Shown here piece by piece: positions 12,986-25,886 of a stretch of 64,000 bases of DNA. Under the pieces are notes generated by a model. That model had not been told where the DNA came from. It saw only the letters and a program-made list of their open reading frames with translations, and searched no databases. A program made the position numbers and the translations under genes. How positions within the stretch are numbered: position 1 is the first letter of the stretch; each line of letters begins with the position of its first letter. Source of the DNA: Leucoraja ocellata (taxonomy: Eukaryota); assembly GCA_036785375.1 (NCBI GenBank), contig JAWMAR010000102.1, forward strand, positions 6,696,001 through 6,760,000, given 5' to 3'.

Positions 12986-14009
12986 CGCTCAGGTAATAAC
13001 TTGGTTCCGAGTAATGAAATGAGTACACAGAAAGTGCTTTGAAACAGGTCGAACATAACGTTAACTGGTTGTATGACAGGATATTGCAGGCAAAGTGCAG
13101 TCATATTTGCTGACAAAGTGCAGAAAAGCTACTGTAACGCCCCGAGGTTTATTCCGACTATTACGGCAGGAATGTGGCAATGTAAACAGCGATACACCTC
13201 CCATACTCTGTTAAAACCTGTATCAACAGCCACCGGACAAAAGTAGAATTAGAAATAAGATCTACTGTGTATATAATCAAGATCACTGCTATTTGCAGCC
13301 CTCAACATGATTAATTTCACCCTGTCAATTAAAATCTGTAGCTAGCTTCAAGAATTACAAGGTATTTCCATATATTTTTTTTATGGAGCTTTTCTGCCCC
13401 ACAGGGCCTTAGAACATTAGCCCTTAATTTCACCCTGATGCAGAAATAAGTCATCGTGTCTATTGGTCCCCAAATGCTGGACATTTGCTGCTATCTAGTG
13501 GTAGAAAAGTGAAATAGCGACAATCAAAAATGGGGGGAAAAAAACTAATTTTATTGAAAATTCAAAGTAAAAAAAAACAACTAAAGAGACATGTTCAAAA
13601 CAATGTGCCAGAGTAACGAAGGTCAGGCAACATCTGTGGTGCCAATGGACATGTAATGTGTTGGGTTAAACTGGAAAAGAGTTCCAACCCGAATCGTCAC
13701 CTGCCTGTTCTCTTCACAAATGCTGCCTGATCCGCAGTTACTCCAGCTCTTTGTGCTCCGCTGAAGATTCCAGCAGTTCCTTGTCACTAAATGTTTCAAA
13801 GTTTCAATGGGCTTTGTGGAGATAACAGGTCATACAGTTATACAGTGTGGAAGCAGTCCCTATAGCCCACAACTTGCCCATGTTGGCCAAGCTGCGCCAT
13901 CTACACTAGTTCCACGTGCCTGTGTTTGGCCCATATCCTTCTAAACCTTTCCTATCCGTGTACTTGTCCAAATGCCTTTTAAATGTTGTTACGGTACCCG
14001 CCGTGACAT

Positions 14010-14500
14010 TAGGCAACGTTTCGGGACGAAACCCAAAAGGAAATAGGCAACGTTTCGGGCCGAAACCCGGAAGGGTTTCGTCCCGAAACGTTGCCTATTT
14101 CCTTCGCTCCATAGATGCTGCTGCATGAGAGACCCCTTCCACCCCTGCAACGGACTGTTCCAGCTGCTACGGTCAGGCAAACGCCTCCGTTGCCATGCGG
14201 TGAGAACGGAGAGGTTGAGAAGGAGTTTCTTCCCAGAGGCAATTCGGACTGTAAACGCCTATCTCACCAGGGACTAACTCTACAGAACGTTTTTCCTTCT
14301 ATTATTTATTATGTAAAAGAATATGTGTGGTATGATTGTGTTTATAATTTGTTTGGTTGTTTTGTTGTTTGTCTTTTGCACAAAAAATCCGCGAGCATTG
14401 CCACTTTCATTTCACTGCACATCTCGTATGTGTATGTGACAAATAAACTTGACTTGACTTGACTTGACGCGCTGAGTTTCTCCAGCATTTTTTGTCTACC
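14010..14500. mobile_element. PLE mini-element interrupted by a LINE 3' end with (GACTT)n tail (14126-14468)
   Basis: Arm sequence is broken at GCTGCA|...|CGCTGAG; the same LINE end recurs at 15714-15990 and, reversed, near 46122-46520. Confidence 0.8.
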
Positions 14501-14915
14501 TTTGAGGTTCCTATTAAATGTTTCCCTTCTCACCATAAACCTATATCCTCTGGTTATTGCTTCCCATAATCTGGGCAAAAGATTCTAAGGTCAGACATTA
14601 TTTTGGATGTAGATCTGAAACATTGGAACACCGACATCTTTCAATCATGGGTAGGAACGTTTTGGCGGGATAGGGGCCAGCGCAGACGAGTCAAGCATGG
14701 CTAGGCAACTTAGTTGGCATGGACCAGTTGGGCCAAAAGGCCTATTTTCATGTAGTACAGGTATATGATTTTAACCTCTCACTGTTTCAAAATAACTCTA
14801 ATTTAGTGTCTCATTCCAAAATTGTTCATGATAAATCCCTGAATTACAAAACGCTAGCGGGCAGCTCCGGCGAGCGGATAATGCGGCAACCAGCATTTTG
14901 GTTTTGTCCACATAA

Positions 14916-15328
14916 CATATAACCATATAACAATTACAGCATGGAAACAGGCCATCTCGACCCTTCTAGTCCGTGCCGAACACATAATCTCCCCTAGTCC
15001 CATATACCTGTGCTCAGACCATAACCCTCCATTCCCTTCCCATCCATATAACTATCCAATTTAATTTTAAATGATAAAAACGAACCTGCCTCCACCACCT
15101 TCACTGGAAGCTCATTCCACACAGCTACCACTCTCTGAGTAAAGAAGTTCCCCCTCATGTTACCCCTAAACTTCAGTCCCTTAATTCTCATGTCATGTCC
15201 CCTTGTTTGAATCTTCCCTACTCTCAGTGGGAAAAGCTTTCCCACGTCAACTCTGTCTATCCCTCTCATCATTTTAAAAACCTCTATCAAGTCCCCCCTT
15301 AACCTTCTGCGCTCCAAAGAATAAAGCC
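14916..15328 (-). mobile_element. CR1 LINE 3' end (second subfamily)
   Basis: LERRRLRGDLIEVFK...FFTQRVVAVWNELP; related copies at 36885-37170 and 60603-61320. Confidence 0.9.
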
Positions 15329-17716
15329 CATAACAGTTCAGTCATTATTTCAGGTTTAGATCTGAAACAATGGAGCACCAGCATATTTCAATCGTGGATG
15401 GGAAAGGTTTGGAGGAATATAGGCCAGGCAGCAGGCAGTCAGTCTGAAGAAGGGTCCCAATCCAAAATGTCTCCTATGTGCTCAAGAAGGAACTGCAGAT
15501 GCTGGAAAATCCACAATGTTTCAGGCCGAAACGTTACCTATTTCCTTCGCTCCATAGATGCTGCTGCACCCGCTGAGTTTCTCCAGCATTTTTGTGTACC
15601 TGTCTCCTATCTATGTTCTTCAGAGATTCTGCCTGACCCGCTGAGATGCCCCAGCACCTTGAGTCATTTTTGTAAGCAGCATCTGCAGTTCCTTGTTTCA
15701 GCAATTGCCTTTAGTCAGGCAAACGCCTCCGTTGCCATGCGGTGAGAATGGAGAGGTTGAGAGTTTCGGACTGTAAACGCCTATCTCACCAGGGACTAAC
15801 TCTACAGAACGTTTTTCCTTCCATTATTTACTATGTAAAAGAATATGTGTGTTATGATTGTGTTTATAATTTGTTTGGTTGTTTTGTTGTTTGTCTTTTG
15901 CACAAAAGTCCGCGAGCATTGCCACTTTCATTTCACTGCACATCTCGTATGTGTATGTGACAAATAAACTTGACTTGACTTGACTTGACTAGTTGCAAAA
16001 GTGTTTGTAGTTTAAGTATAGGTCACACTAGTGGATCATAGTGTATGCCTTCAATAAGATATACCAACAGCATCGTAATGGTGAAAGTATCTGATTAATT
16101 CTGTACTATATTTCATTTCAAATAGCACGCTTTCAGTCCTGGGTGTCTCTGTACTATGTGTACGAACCAATTCAAAGATTTTCTGACACGACAAATCTGA
16201 ATAAAGCTGTAGTCCAGACATCAATTTTTTTTTAAATCTAACAGCCAAATGTCGTCAGAAAAGATTTAGTTGATGACACGACTTTGTTTATTAAATTAAA
16301 TTCAGTACGGAGGGTTCAAGTTTCATTTAAAATTCCTGTGTTGAATTGAGCACAGCATCAAAGGGCAGCTTCCATTATTGGGCAAGTCCCTCTACGCTCC
16401 AGTTTGAAAAAATACATTTTGTTCAACTAAGCTGTCGACGGCGTTGGCTGCCATTATTCTAACTGCAATTTTTTAGTCCATTACGCTTGAATATACAAAA
16501 ATAAAAGAAAACTTGCAGAGATGCTGGAATGAAAACAGAAACTGCTTGAAATAGTCAGCAGGTCAGACAGCATCCGTGAAAAGAAAAACAGAGTCAATGT
16601 TACAGGTCAACTATGCTGTTCGACCTGTTCCTTGCTTCGTGTAGTTTCTGTTTTCATTGTGCTTGAATATACATTGTGGATCCTAATGCAAAATATCTTT
16701 CAATTTACAGCTACTTTCTCTGTACTATGACTGCAGCCACCGTCACTCCTTGCAGTTCAAGAATGATTCAATGAATCATCATTCATCCAAAATACACGCT
16801 AAATGTCAAAACCACAATTTCTAAGAGTGCATCCAGGGGAAAAACGACATTGCTTGTGCAATGAAACGAACATATTCACAATCCTGAGCATGCCTGCATT
16901 GACCTCAAAGTTTTGCATTTTTAGAATATGGAAGTAAAAGGAATATTTAATTATTTTTCAATTACCAATTTAATTATTTTTCTCGTGTCTTCAGCTACAA
17001 GTTAAAACTCCAGAGAACTTCGTAAAAAAAAGAAGACATCTTGAGACCAGGAATAAGCCTTCAGTGAGCTTGATGTGGGAAATTTGCTGATTGCTGAAGT
17101 AATTGCAACCTATAGCCATCCTAAGGCAAATAGCTAAATAGGACTAAAAACGCTTTGAAGTTCCCGTGACATATCCTTTGAAGGACGAGAACAGAAAACT
17201 ATGAAGTCCATCAAGACACACTGGTTAACTGGTGAATTATTAGCGTTCTGGTATGTTTTCAACATAACACTGGAAAACATTCTGAAGAGCAATTTCTGCA
17301 TTTTAATGATATGTCGCTAAAGATCATTCTCAAAATTCATATTTTTGACTGTACCCTCCTTTCCCCAGGTTGAAGCAGTTCAAATCAAATTCATTTGTCA
17401 CCTTCTTTACAAGGAGAGCATATCTGAGGCAGGGAAGCCGTCAGATCTGCAACTTTAAATATTGCTCAAACAGGTTCATTCAACCGTGACGCTATTCAGA
17501 AAATGTACTTTGAAGCAATCAGAATCAGATCTTGTAATGAACTCAGTAATCTGCTTTCTGGAGCATTAAGCAGCGAAGGATTCAAGTTTGTCAACATCAG
17601 GTACACAATGAGAGCTCAGTAGATAGGTGGGAAATGTATTTTAAAGATACAGGGTGACGAGGAATACCTTGTAATTCACAACAGGAAATAAATGCTTATT
17701 ATAAATCATTAGAATG

Positions 17717-18027
17717 GGCGTCACGGTGACGCAGCGGTAGAGTTGCTGCCTCACAGCGCCAGAGTCCCGGGTTCGATCCTGACTACGGGTGCTTGACTCT
17801 ACGGAGTTTGTACGTTCTCTCCATGACCTGCATGGGATTTCTCCGAGACCTTCGATTTCCTCCCACAATCTATGGTTTGTAGGCTAATTTTCTTGGTATA
17901 AATGTAAATTGTTCCTAGTGTGTGTGTGTGTGTGTGTAGGATGGAGTTAACGTGTGGGGATCGCTGGTCGGCGCAGACTCGGTGAGCCGAAGGGCCTGTT
18001 TCCGCGCTGTATCGCTAAACTAAACTC
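17717..18027 (+). mobile_element. HE1-like SINE
   Basis: Full length, with a (TG)n expansion and (CTAAA)n tail. Confidence 0.9.
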
Positions 18028-18140
18028 AATAATGCCAGGCATGTAATTAATCCAAATACGCGAGTGGATCTATCATTGAAACACAATCTCGGGGGGGGGG
18101 GATGGGAGATGAGAGGGCCAGCGGAATAGACTTTACTCAC

Positions 18141-18208
18141 GTTTTTCCCGGCGAATCTCGCAGCCAGAAAATGTCATCACTGGAAATGCAGAATTCAGCC
18201 CCTGGAAC
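18141..18208 (-). CDS. TXNRD2: TXNRD2 exon 8 (VPGAEFCISSDDIFWLRDSPGKT)
   Basis: gaaag and gtgagt sites; 68 nt; SDDIFWL..SPGKT motif. Confidence 0.96.
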
Positions 18209-19380
18209 CTTTCAAAAGTAAATGATCACTTCACAGCCAAAGCACAACTCTATATTCTCAAAAGGACACAAAGTGTAACTCAGCTGTTCAGGCACCATCT
18301 CTGGAGGACATAGATAAGCGATGCCTCAGGTCGGGACCCTACTTCAATGATTGAATGAATGAATGAATAAGTTTATTGGCCAAGTATTCACATACAAGGA
18401 ATTTGCCTTGGTGCTCTGTCCGCAAGTGACAACATGACATACAGCGACAGTTAGGATTGACACATAAAACATTAAACATTAATAATAAAACATGATTGAT
18501 TTAACATGTGAATTAAATAAAATAGCAGAGCATATGGAGGCTACAGATTTTTGGTTATTGAGTTGAGCTACTAATCATGGAAAAAAAGCTGTTTTGTTGA
18601 TTGTTATCCAAAGACTGATTGTTCTCTAGAGATGCTGCCTGACTGCTGAGTTACTCCAGCACGTTGGGTAAACCCGCCAAGACTAAGACTTTGCCTCCAT
18701 CACAGTGAGGATGTGCTTGGTGAACTCACTGTGGTGGATGTTTCATTTGTGTTTATTATATGTTTTGTTATTATTGATTCTGTGTATGACTGCAGGCAAC
18801 ATAATTCCGTTCAGACCGAAAGGTCTGAATGACAATAAAGGAATCTAATTCTAATCTAATTCTAATAATTCTAATCTGTAGTTCCTTGGTTCTACATTTT
18901 GAGTGCTCTATATTCTTGTCTGTTGCAAGAATATGAACAGCACATGGGGTGGAGAGAGCTGTGGCAGAAGAGATTTACTGCTGAAGCACTGTTCTGAATG
19001 AGTATAAAAGTTTAATTTAAAGGATTTCAATCGTTATATATATATATAGATATATAAACCAGCTACTGGGGGGCAGATGGGATGTCAGGCTTAAAACAGA
19101 AGCACAGAGCTCTTAAAATCACTAGTGGTTTCAACCGAAAATAATTCTAATGCCAACTTGATTCGTCTGAACTGCCGTGAATTAATAAGTAGAGAAAATT
19201 AAATTGTAGCTTCCCCCGTCTAATTGGGTGTTGATCATCACCAAGTATATCAGTCAGGTTCAACTGTGAGGTCTACTCCTCCAACATGAGGAGATCTAAT
19301 TTTGGTTTTAATATTCCATCATCATGACTGCAGAATAAATTGAAAGGGAAATGTCATAGATTCAAGGTAAAGATTCCAGG

Positions 19381-19700
19381 ACCTCTCTGTCCTGGGGCTC
19401 CTCCATGGCCAGAGTGAGCACCACCAGAAATTGGAGGAACAGCACCTCATATTCCGCTTGGGCAGTCTGCACCCTAGTGGCATATACATTGAATTCACCA
19501 ATTTCCAGTAGCCCTTGCTGTCCCTTCCCCTTCTCAGCTCCCCCTCAGCCCTCGGTCTCCTCCTCTTCCTTTCTTCTCCCCATCCCCGCCCACCCTGCAT
19601 CAGTCTGAAAAAGGGTTTCGGCCTGAAACGTTGCCTATTTCCTTCGCTCCATAGATGCTGCTGCACCCGCTGAGTTTCTCCAGCACTTTTGTCTGCCTTC
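19381..19700 (+). mobile_element. 5'-truncated Penelope-like element (end of GIY-YIG, 3'UTR, hammerhead-like motif)
   Basis: LSVLGLLHGQSEHHQKLEEQHLIFRLGSLHPSG; TSD AAAGATTC(C/A)AGG at 19369-19380 and 19701-19712. Confidence 0.88.
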
Positions 19701-21033
19701 AAAGATTCAAGGCATGGCTAAGGAGAGAGTGGCAAGGTTTAACGGTGATGTGTGGGGCAGGTGTTTTTTTTCCCCAGAGTGGCGGGTGCCTGGAATACAA
19801 TAGCGTTAGAGGCAAAAATGATAGTGGCATTCAGGAGGTTTTTAGATAGGCACAAGAATATGCAGGAAACAGGGGGATATTGATCACGTACAGGCAGAAG
19901 AGATTAGTTGAACAACATCATGTTCAGCATGGACATTGTGGGCTGAAGGGCCTATGATGTTATTATGTTGTTCCTGTGCTGTATCGTTCTATAAAAGGCA
20001 AAAGTAATATCATGTCAGCAGCCCTTGGCTTTAAAAAAACTGCATGAGAAACATGGCTGACAGGAAATTGAATCAAATGCATCTTTGAGAGCATGACTCT
20101 GGTGTCAACCATGAGGCAAACATAGTGAGATGTAGTAAAAGTCCATCACACAACCTCAGTCTCACTCACATCTCGATGCCAGCCTTTAGTCTTAAAGCTG
20201 AAAATGTCACTGAACTGAATAGCTAAGTTGGGCAGTAAACAAGCATCTAAATATGCAGTAAAATCACATGATGGTCCAATTGGATAACGGTTGCAGAATT
20301 AATTCATTGAGCGGCCGACGTGAGTTTGGCGAGTTCTGAAAATAACAGTTACATGGTCATCATTGTTGATAGTGTTTCTCTTTAAGTAAAGATTCATTGA
20401 TTTTTTAATTGCCCAACCTGCTGTTGTGGGAATTGAACTTCTATCAACAGCCCAGGTCTCCAAATAGCAAATCCACTCTATGAATTAAACATTAGTTAAA
20501 GAGCAGACACAAAAAGCTGGAGTAACTCAGCGGGGAGTGAAGGAATCGGTGATGTTTTAGGTCGAGACCCTTCCCAGCTGAATGACTTTATGAACTAACC
20601 AACTTGAAAGATTCAATTTGTCAACAAAGGTATTTTCCAATGTTCTTCCTTCTTTGGTTCTCTTGAGTTTGTGCATCTTGTAAAGATTTTGCATGTAACC
20701 CTTTGCCAAATCTCTTTTAAATTGCCTTCGAGTCTGGGAACCCAGACATACACAATAATTAAAGTCCAGCACCCTGACAAAATATCTTGGTATGTAAAAA
20801 AGTGTCCACTTTGATTTAATACGGTAGAATTATAGCCATTACCTTACGCCTGCTATAATGTTCTCTACACTAACAGCTGAACACAAGGATAGTCAAAACA
20901 TTATGATATGCTCTTTTGCTCAATACAAATTTATTTTTATGAATGGCCATATTTGACAGCCTAAACGTGAAATCATCTAGAAGTTCCCGAAAACTATGTA
21001 TTAAGGATTGGACAGGAAGCAATCAATACTTAC

Positions 21034-21096
21034 ATTTGATGGATACTTTGGTCTTCCCCCTGTTGCGAGAACAATGTTTTCAGCAGTCAGAAGGGT
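21034..21096 (-). CDS. TXNRD2: TXNRD2 exon 7 (TLLTAENIVLATGGRPKYPSN)
   Basis: ttccag and gtaagt sites; 63 nt; ATGGRP motif. Confidence 0.97.
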
Positions 21097-21222
21097 CTGG
21101 AAAAAGAATCCATATTTACCAGTCAGAATTATTGGCCCATTAGTCAGATAAAGCTGTAAAGCAGCACACTGCAGTTCACGAGAGTTATCAGAATTAAACC
21201 TCTTATAACAAATTGTAACTAA

Positions 21223-21688
21223 TGTCCCACTATACGAGTTTACCTAAGAGCTCTCCTAAGTTAAAAAAAAAATCAAACTCGTAATAAGTACGTAGCCGGT
21301 ACGTCGGAGCTTGGGACATCTCTTAAGTTCAAGTTCAAGTGAGTTTATTGTCATGTGTCCCTGATAGGACAATGAAATTCTTGCTTTGCTTCAGCACAAC
21401 AGAACATAGTAGCGGCTCGTAACGCTAGTGGCAAGTAGCTCTTTCTTCCTAATAACCCTTTCTGGCTTAAGCCCTCCCAACCACCTCCAGTTTAAATTGC
21501 ATTTGGAATATTTTGGAGGACCAAGAAACCAAGGTACTCGGGAAACATGGTAAGCTCGTGAAGTTTTATCAACAGTGTCCACGTGAGTCCCGAGTACCTA
21601 CGAGCGGCTAGTACCGTAATTCTCCGAGTTCGAATCAGGGGAAACTCGGGAGAACTCTTGAATTACCTCGTACAGTGGGACAGGCCCT
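21223..21688. mobile_element. Harbinger-type MITE with two nested insertions
   Basis: Homologous to 56250-56581; LINE tail at about 21325-21410 and an unrelated segment at about 21449-21533. Confidence 0.75.
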
Positions 21689-22230
21689 TTACAATGGTTG
21701 AATTAATAGTCGCCAAACCTAGGCTGGCATGCTAGAGCAGTGTGCAGTATAACTACATAATCGGGATCAATGACTGGCATAAACGCATCAGTGAAAGACA
21801 CAACACTGCGGAAACTCCTGATTTTATAAATGCCGCTTAAGATGCAGGCAGCATTTTGAATATTTTTACCAGCCAAAATCTCTCTACTCCTGAATATTGA
21901 CATTATCTCTTCTCAGTTACACTCTACCTCATCCGCAGGTTAAATTCCCAAATCAGAATTGAAAAGAACAACAAAAGCAGTTGTGGGATGAATTGCTCAA
22001 TCGGACTGGAGAAACTGGCCTTGCAGAAACTTGACTGGCATCCCCAAACCCAAAGGATTCAGTGATTTAAGGCTGTTGGATATATAGCAACACAAACATT
22101 TGGGGCTAACAGAAGCTTTCCGTGTTTTCACAAATGAAGAAAGATCACTGTTTGTTTCTCTCCTTACTACGTGTGATTGATCTGGAAGCTTCTCTTCCCG
22201 ATACGTCAAATTGCTTAAAACAAAAACTAA

Positions 22231-22433
22231 AGGGCCTGTCCCACTTCACGACCTAATTCACGACCTTTTTTACTCGTGGACATTTTTCATCAGGCTGGAA
22301 AAACGCCCCGACCTACTTGATGCCACGAGTACCTACGACCTCCTACGACCTCGTGACGACCATGCTGCGAGTATGAGTCAAGGGCAAACTCGGCAGAGGT
22401 TGTGAATTAGATCGTGAAAGTGTTACAGGCCCT
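22231..22433. mobile_element. Harbinger-type MITE
   Basis: AGGGCCTGTCCCACT TIR; TAA on both sides. Confidence 0.82.
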
Positions 22434-22467
22434 TAAGTTTGCACTGCAAAGATATAAATGCACTCAC

Positions 22468-22546
22468 CTTCTCACCTTTGCTGGACTCCCCTTGAATGGT
22501 ATGTTGGTCTACAAAAACCCCCTTGAGATTCAGATATTTCACCTTC
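22468..22546 (-). CDS. TXNRD2: TXNRD2 exon 6 (KVKYLNLKGVFVDQHTIQGESSKGEK)
   Basis: taacag and gtgagt sites; 79 nt; follows a 155-nt intron; frame continuous. Confidence 0.95.
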
Positions 22547-22700
22547 CTGTTAAAAATGAATGGGTGACGCTCCACTTCAGAAATTATTATATGCCATAAT
22601 AAATATGATTTCTGACATAAAAAACTTACATTTGTCTAAGAAATTGAAACAGTTCTCGTAAATTCCACATGGAAACGCTGGCAGAAGCGTCTGACACTCA

Positions 22701-22796
<96 letters not shown>

Positions 22797-22908
22797 TTAG
22801 TTAGGGTGAGTTAAAAGCACTATCTAAACGCAGACGGAAGTACTGGAATCAGGGAGAGGCACAGAATGATCCCCCCAATAATAGACCAGAACAAAGAGAT
22901 AGTCCCTC

Positions 22909-23249
22909 TTAGTTTAATTTAGCTTTGAGATACAGCGGGGAAACAGGCCCTTCGGCCCACCGAGTCCATGCTGACCATCGATCACCCATTCACACTAGTT
23001 CTATGTTATCCCACTTTCTCATCCATTCCCTAACTCTCTGGGCAATTTAGAGGCCAATTAAATCCGCACGTTTTGGGGATGTGGGAGGAAACCGGAGCAC
23101 CCAGAGGAAGCCCACGCAGTCACAGGGAGAATGTGCAAACTCCACATAGACTGCATCTGAAGTCAGGGTTGAACTCTGCCAACCCTAAGACGCCAGGCTC
23201 TGTGGCGCTGTGAGGCAGCAGCTCTACCAGCTGCGCCACTGTGCTGCCC
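22909..23249 (-). mobile_element. HE1-like SINE
   Basis: Reverse complement of the SINE. Confidence 0.85.
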
Positions 23250-23644
23250 TCGTTTAACATCATAACCAAATTATAACAACAGTGATGCTCCTTCAGTGCT
23301 TCTCTCAAGTAAACCTCTCATTCAGGAGCCAATTTCCACTTTTGCAGAATGACTGGGGAAACTCAGAGGCCAAAGTTGAGATTTGCATTTTGATCCAACG
23401 TTACTAACTTAGAATGTGAAGCTGCCACTGACAAGTTCTCTGTCGAGTATTTCAAAAACAAATATTCAATTCTGCATTCACTTCAAAGCATGGAGCTTGA
23501 AAAAATATATCATAAACTATGAAATAACAGCAATGGAGCTTGCATCAATATTTTGTGGCATAACTCAGGAGGTGAGAAACCCAAGACACAGTGAAAAACT
23601 TTTGTTGCGTGCTAACCAGTCAGCGGAAAGACTAGGACAATTCG

Positions 23645-24272
23645 TCACTTCCCACCCAATCCACCCCCTCCCCTAGTACTTTCCCTTGCAACCGCAGGAA
23701 AGGCTACACTTGTCGCTTTACCCCCCCCCCTTGACTCCAACCAAGGACCCAAGCAGTCGTTCCAGGTGCGGCAGAGGTTCACCTGCACCTCCTCCAACCT
23801 CATCTACTGCATCCGCTGTTCCAGGTGTCAGCTGCTCTACATCTGTGAGACCAATCGCAGGCTTGGCAATCGCTTTGCCCAACACCTCCGCTCAGTTTGC
23901 AATAACCAACCTGATCTCCCGGTGGCTCAACACCTCAACTCCCCCTCCCATTCCGAATCCGACCTTTCTATCCTGGGCCTCCTCCATGGCCAGAGTGAGT
24001 CCCACCGCAAATTGGAGGAGCAGCACCTCATACTTCGCTTGGGTAGTTTACACCCCAGCGATATGAACATTGACCTCCAATTTCAGGTAGTCCTTGTTTT
24101 CTCCCTCTTTCCCCTCCCCTTCCCAGCTCTCCCACAGCCCACTGTCTCCGCCTCTTCCTTTCTCCCCCCCCCCACCCCCGACATCAGTCTGAAGAAGGGT
24201 CTTGACGCAAAACCGTCGCCCATTCCATCGCTTCATAGATGCTGCCCGACTTTCTCCAGCATTTTTGTCTAA
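23645..24272 (+). mobile_element. Penelope-like element remnant (Zn-finger linker, GIY-YIG endonuclease, 3' repeat)
   Basis: FPCNRRKGYTCRF, then NLIYCIRCSRCQLLYICET-RRL..RF..H and LEEQHLILRLGSLHP; followed by the CTGAAGAAGGG... terminal repeat; degenerate. Confidence 0.9.
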
Positions 24273-24329
24273 CATGATTACAAATGAGCCGTACACAAGG
24301 GAATAACGATTAGTGCAAGATAAAATCCA

Positions 24330-24690
24330 GTAAAGTACAACTAAAGAGTCAGAGCGTCTCCATTGAGGTACTGTAGAGAGTAGCTCAGGACTGTTCTCTA
24401 GTTGATAGGATGATTCAGTTGCCTGCTAACAGCTGGGAAGAAACTGTCCCTGAATTTGGAGGTGTGTGTTTTCACACTTCTGTACCTCTTGCTTGATGGG
24501 AGAGGTGAGACTGGCCCTTGTTTATGCTGCTGGCCTTGCCGAGGCAAAGTGAAGTGTAAATGGAGTCAATGGAAGAGAGATCGGTTTGTGTGATGGGCTG
24601 AGCTGCTCCACAACTCCCTCGCAGTTTCTTGCAGTCTTGGATGGAGCTGTTCTCAAACCAGGATGTGAAACGTCCCAACAAAATGTACTA
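24330..24690 (-). mobile_element. old Rex/Babar-like LINE 3' fragment
   Basis: SWFENSSIQDCKKL...SIDSIYTSLCLGKASSI resembles the ORF at 42362-42724. Confidence 0.7.
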
Positions 24691-25886
24691 GAATGCATCT
24701 ACCACATGAAACATAGGACCAGGCACGCTACCCAATGGGCCAATCTGGCCTCTCACCAATGCTGCAATAATTCATTTTCAATTTCTGAAATGAAGGCAAA
24801 TTCCTTTTTTGACTAGCGTTTCATCTTCCATTAACTAGCCTTCAGTTAAAGCCTCCTGCAACCTATTTAATATCTCCACCTGCAATAGTAAATATGTACA
24901 CAGTCCATTAACTGACGACTGAAGTATACTACCTGCCTGAGGACAGAGAGCATGAATCAAACACCTGCTATTTTTGTTCCTTGATGGGAACGCCCCCACT
25001 AGGCAACGTGACAGCTGTGTGTTTATCATGCATCAGTTAACGAACAGACAGGTTAGAATGACTTCTTCATCACGTCAGAGGTGTGAGGCAACACACACAC
25101 ACTGCAGACTTGCCATTGGGTTAGAGAGAATTATCAGGCCAACAATTCTTTGTATTCCAGTCGCTTTCCAAAGCTGACTGGCGCCTGCCTGCCTCACTGC
25201 CCAAATATGCCTTTGGCTGACAGGCGAGATCATCAGACTGGTGCCACACAAATTCAAAACAGATTAACTCATTTCCAACCGACATCTTTAAGCAGAAACG
25301 CCTTAGAAAGTTCAAAACAGCAGTCTTATAACTCTGATTAGCCTTTATAGTGCACACAAAGCAAACAATCAATGTTAACTTGGAGACACAAGAAATTGCA
25401 GATGCTGGAATCTTGAACAAACCACAAAGTGCTGGAGGTTCCCAGCAGGTAAGGCAGCATCTGTGGAGGGAATGGATTGGTGACATTTTGGGTCAGGACA
25501 CAAACTTATTTCCTCTGCAGTCTTCTTTGAATAGTACGGGTGTCAGGTTATGGGGTAAAGGCAGGAGAATGGGGTTGAGACGGAAAGATAGATCAGCCAT
25601 GATCAAATGGCTGTGCTGATGGGCCGAATGGCCTAATTCTGCTCATAGAACTCATGAACCTATGTGCTTTGCAGCTCATAGTTTGTATTTTATTTTTTTA
25701 AACTAGCAATGTTTTTTAAGCTACTTCAAACATTGTGGAAATGTTGAATATTTATGAGTTTATTAATTCATAGTCGTACAGCATGGAAACAGGCCCTGCG
25801 GACCAACTTGCCTTAGCTGACCAAGATGCCCCATCTACAGTCGTCCCACCTGCCTGTGTTTGGTCCACATCCATACGCCTCTAAAG

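Noticed and set aside
17171-17600. + strand ATATCCTT (AT-AC donor-like) and strong acceptor at 17368 as a nested antisense gene
   Set aside because: No matching branch site or AC found, no sustained reading frame and no recognisable homology; may be chance.
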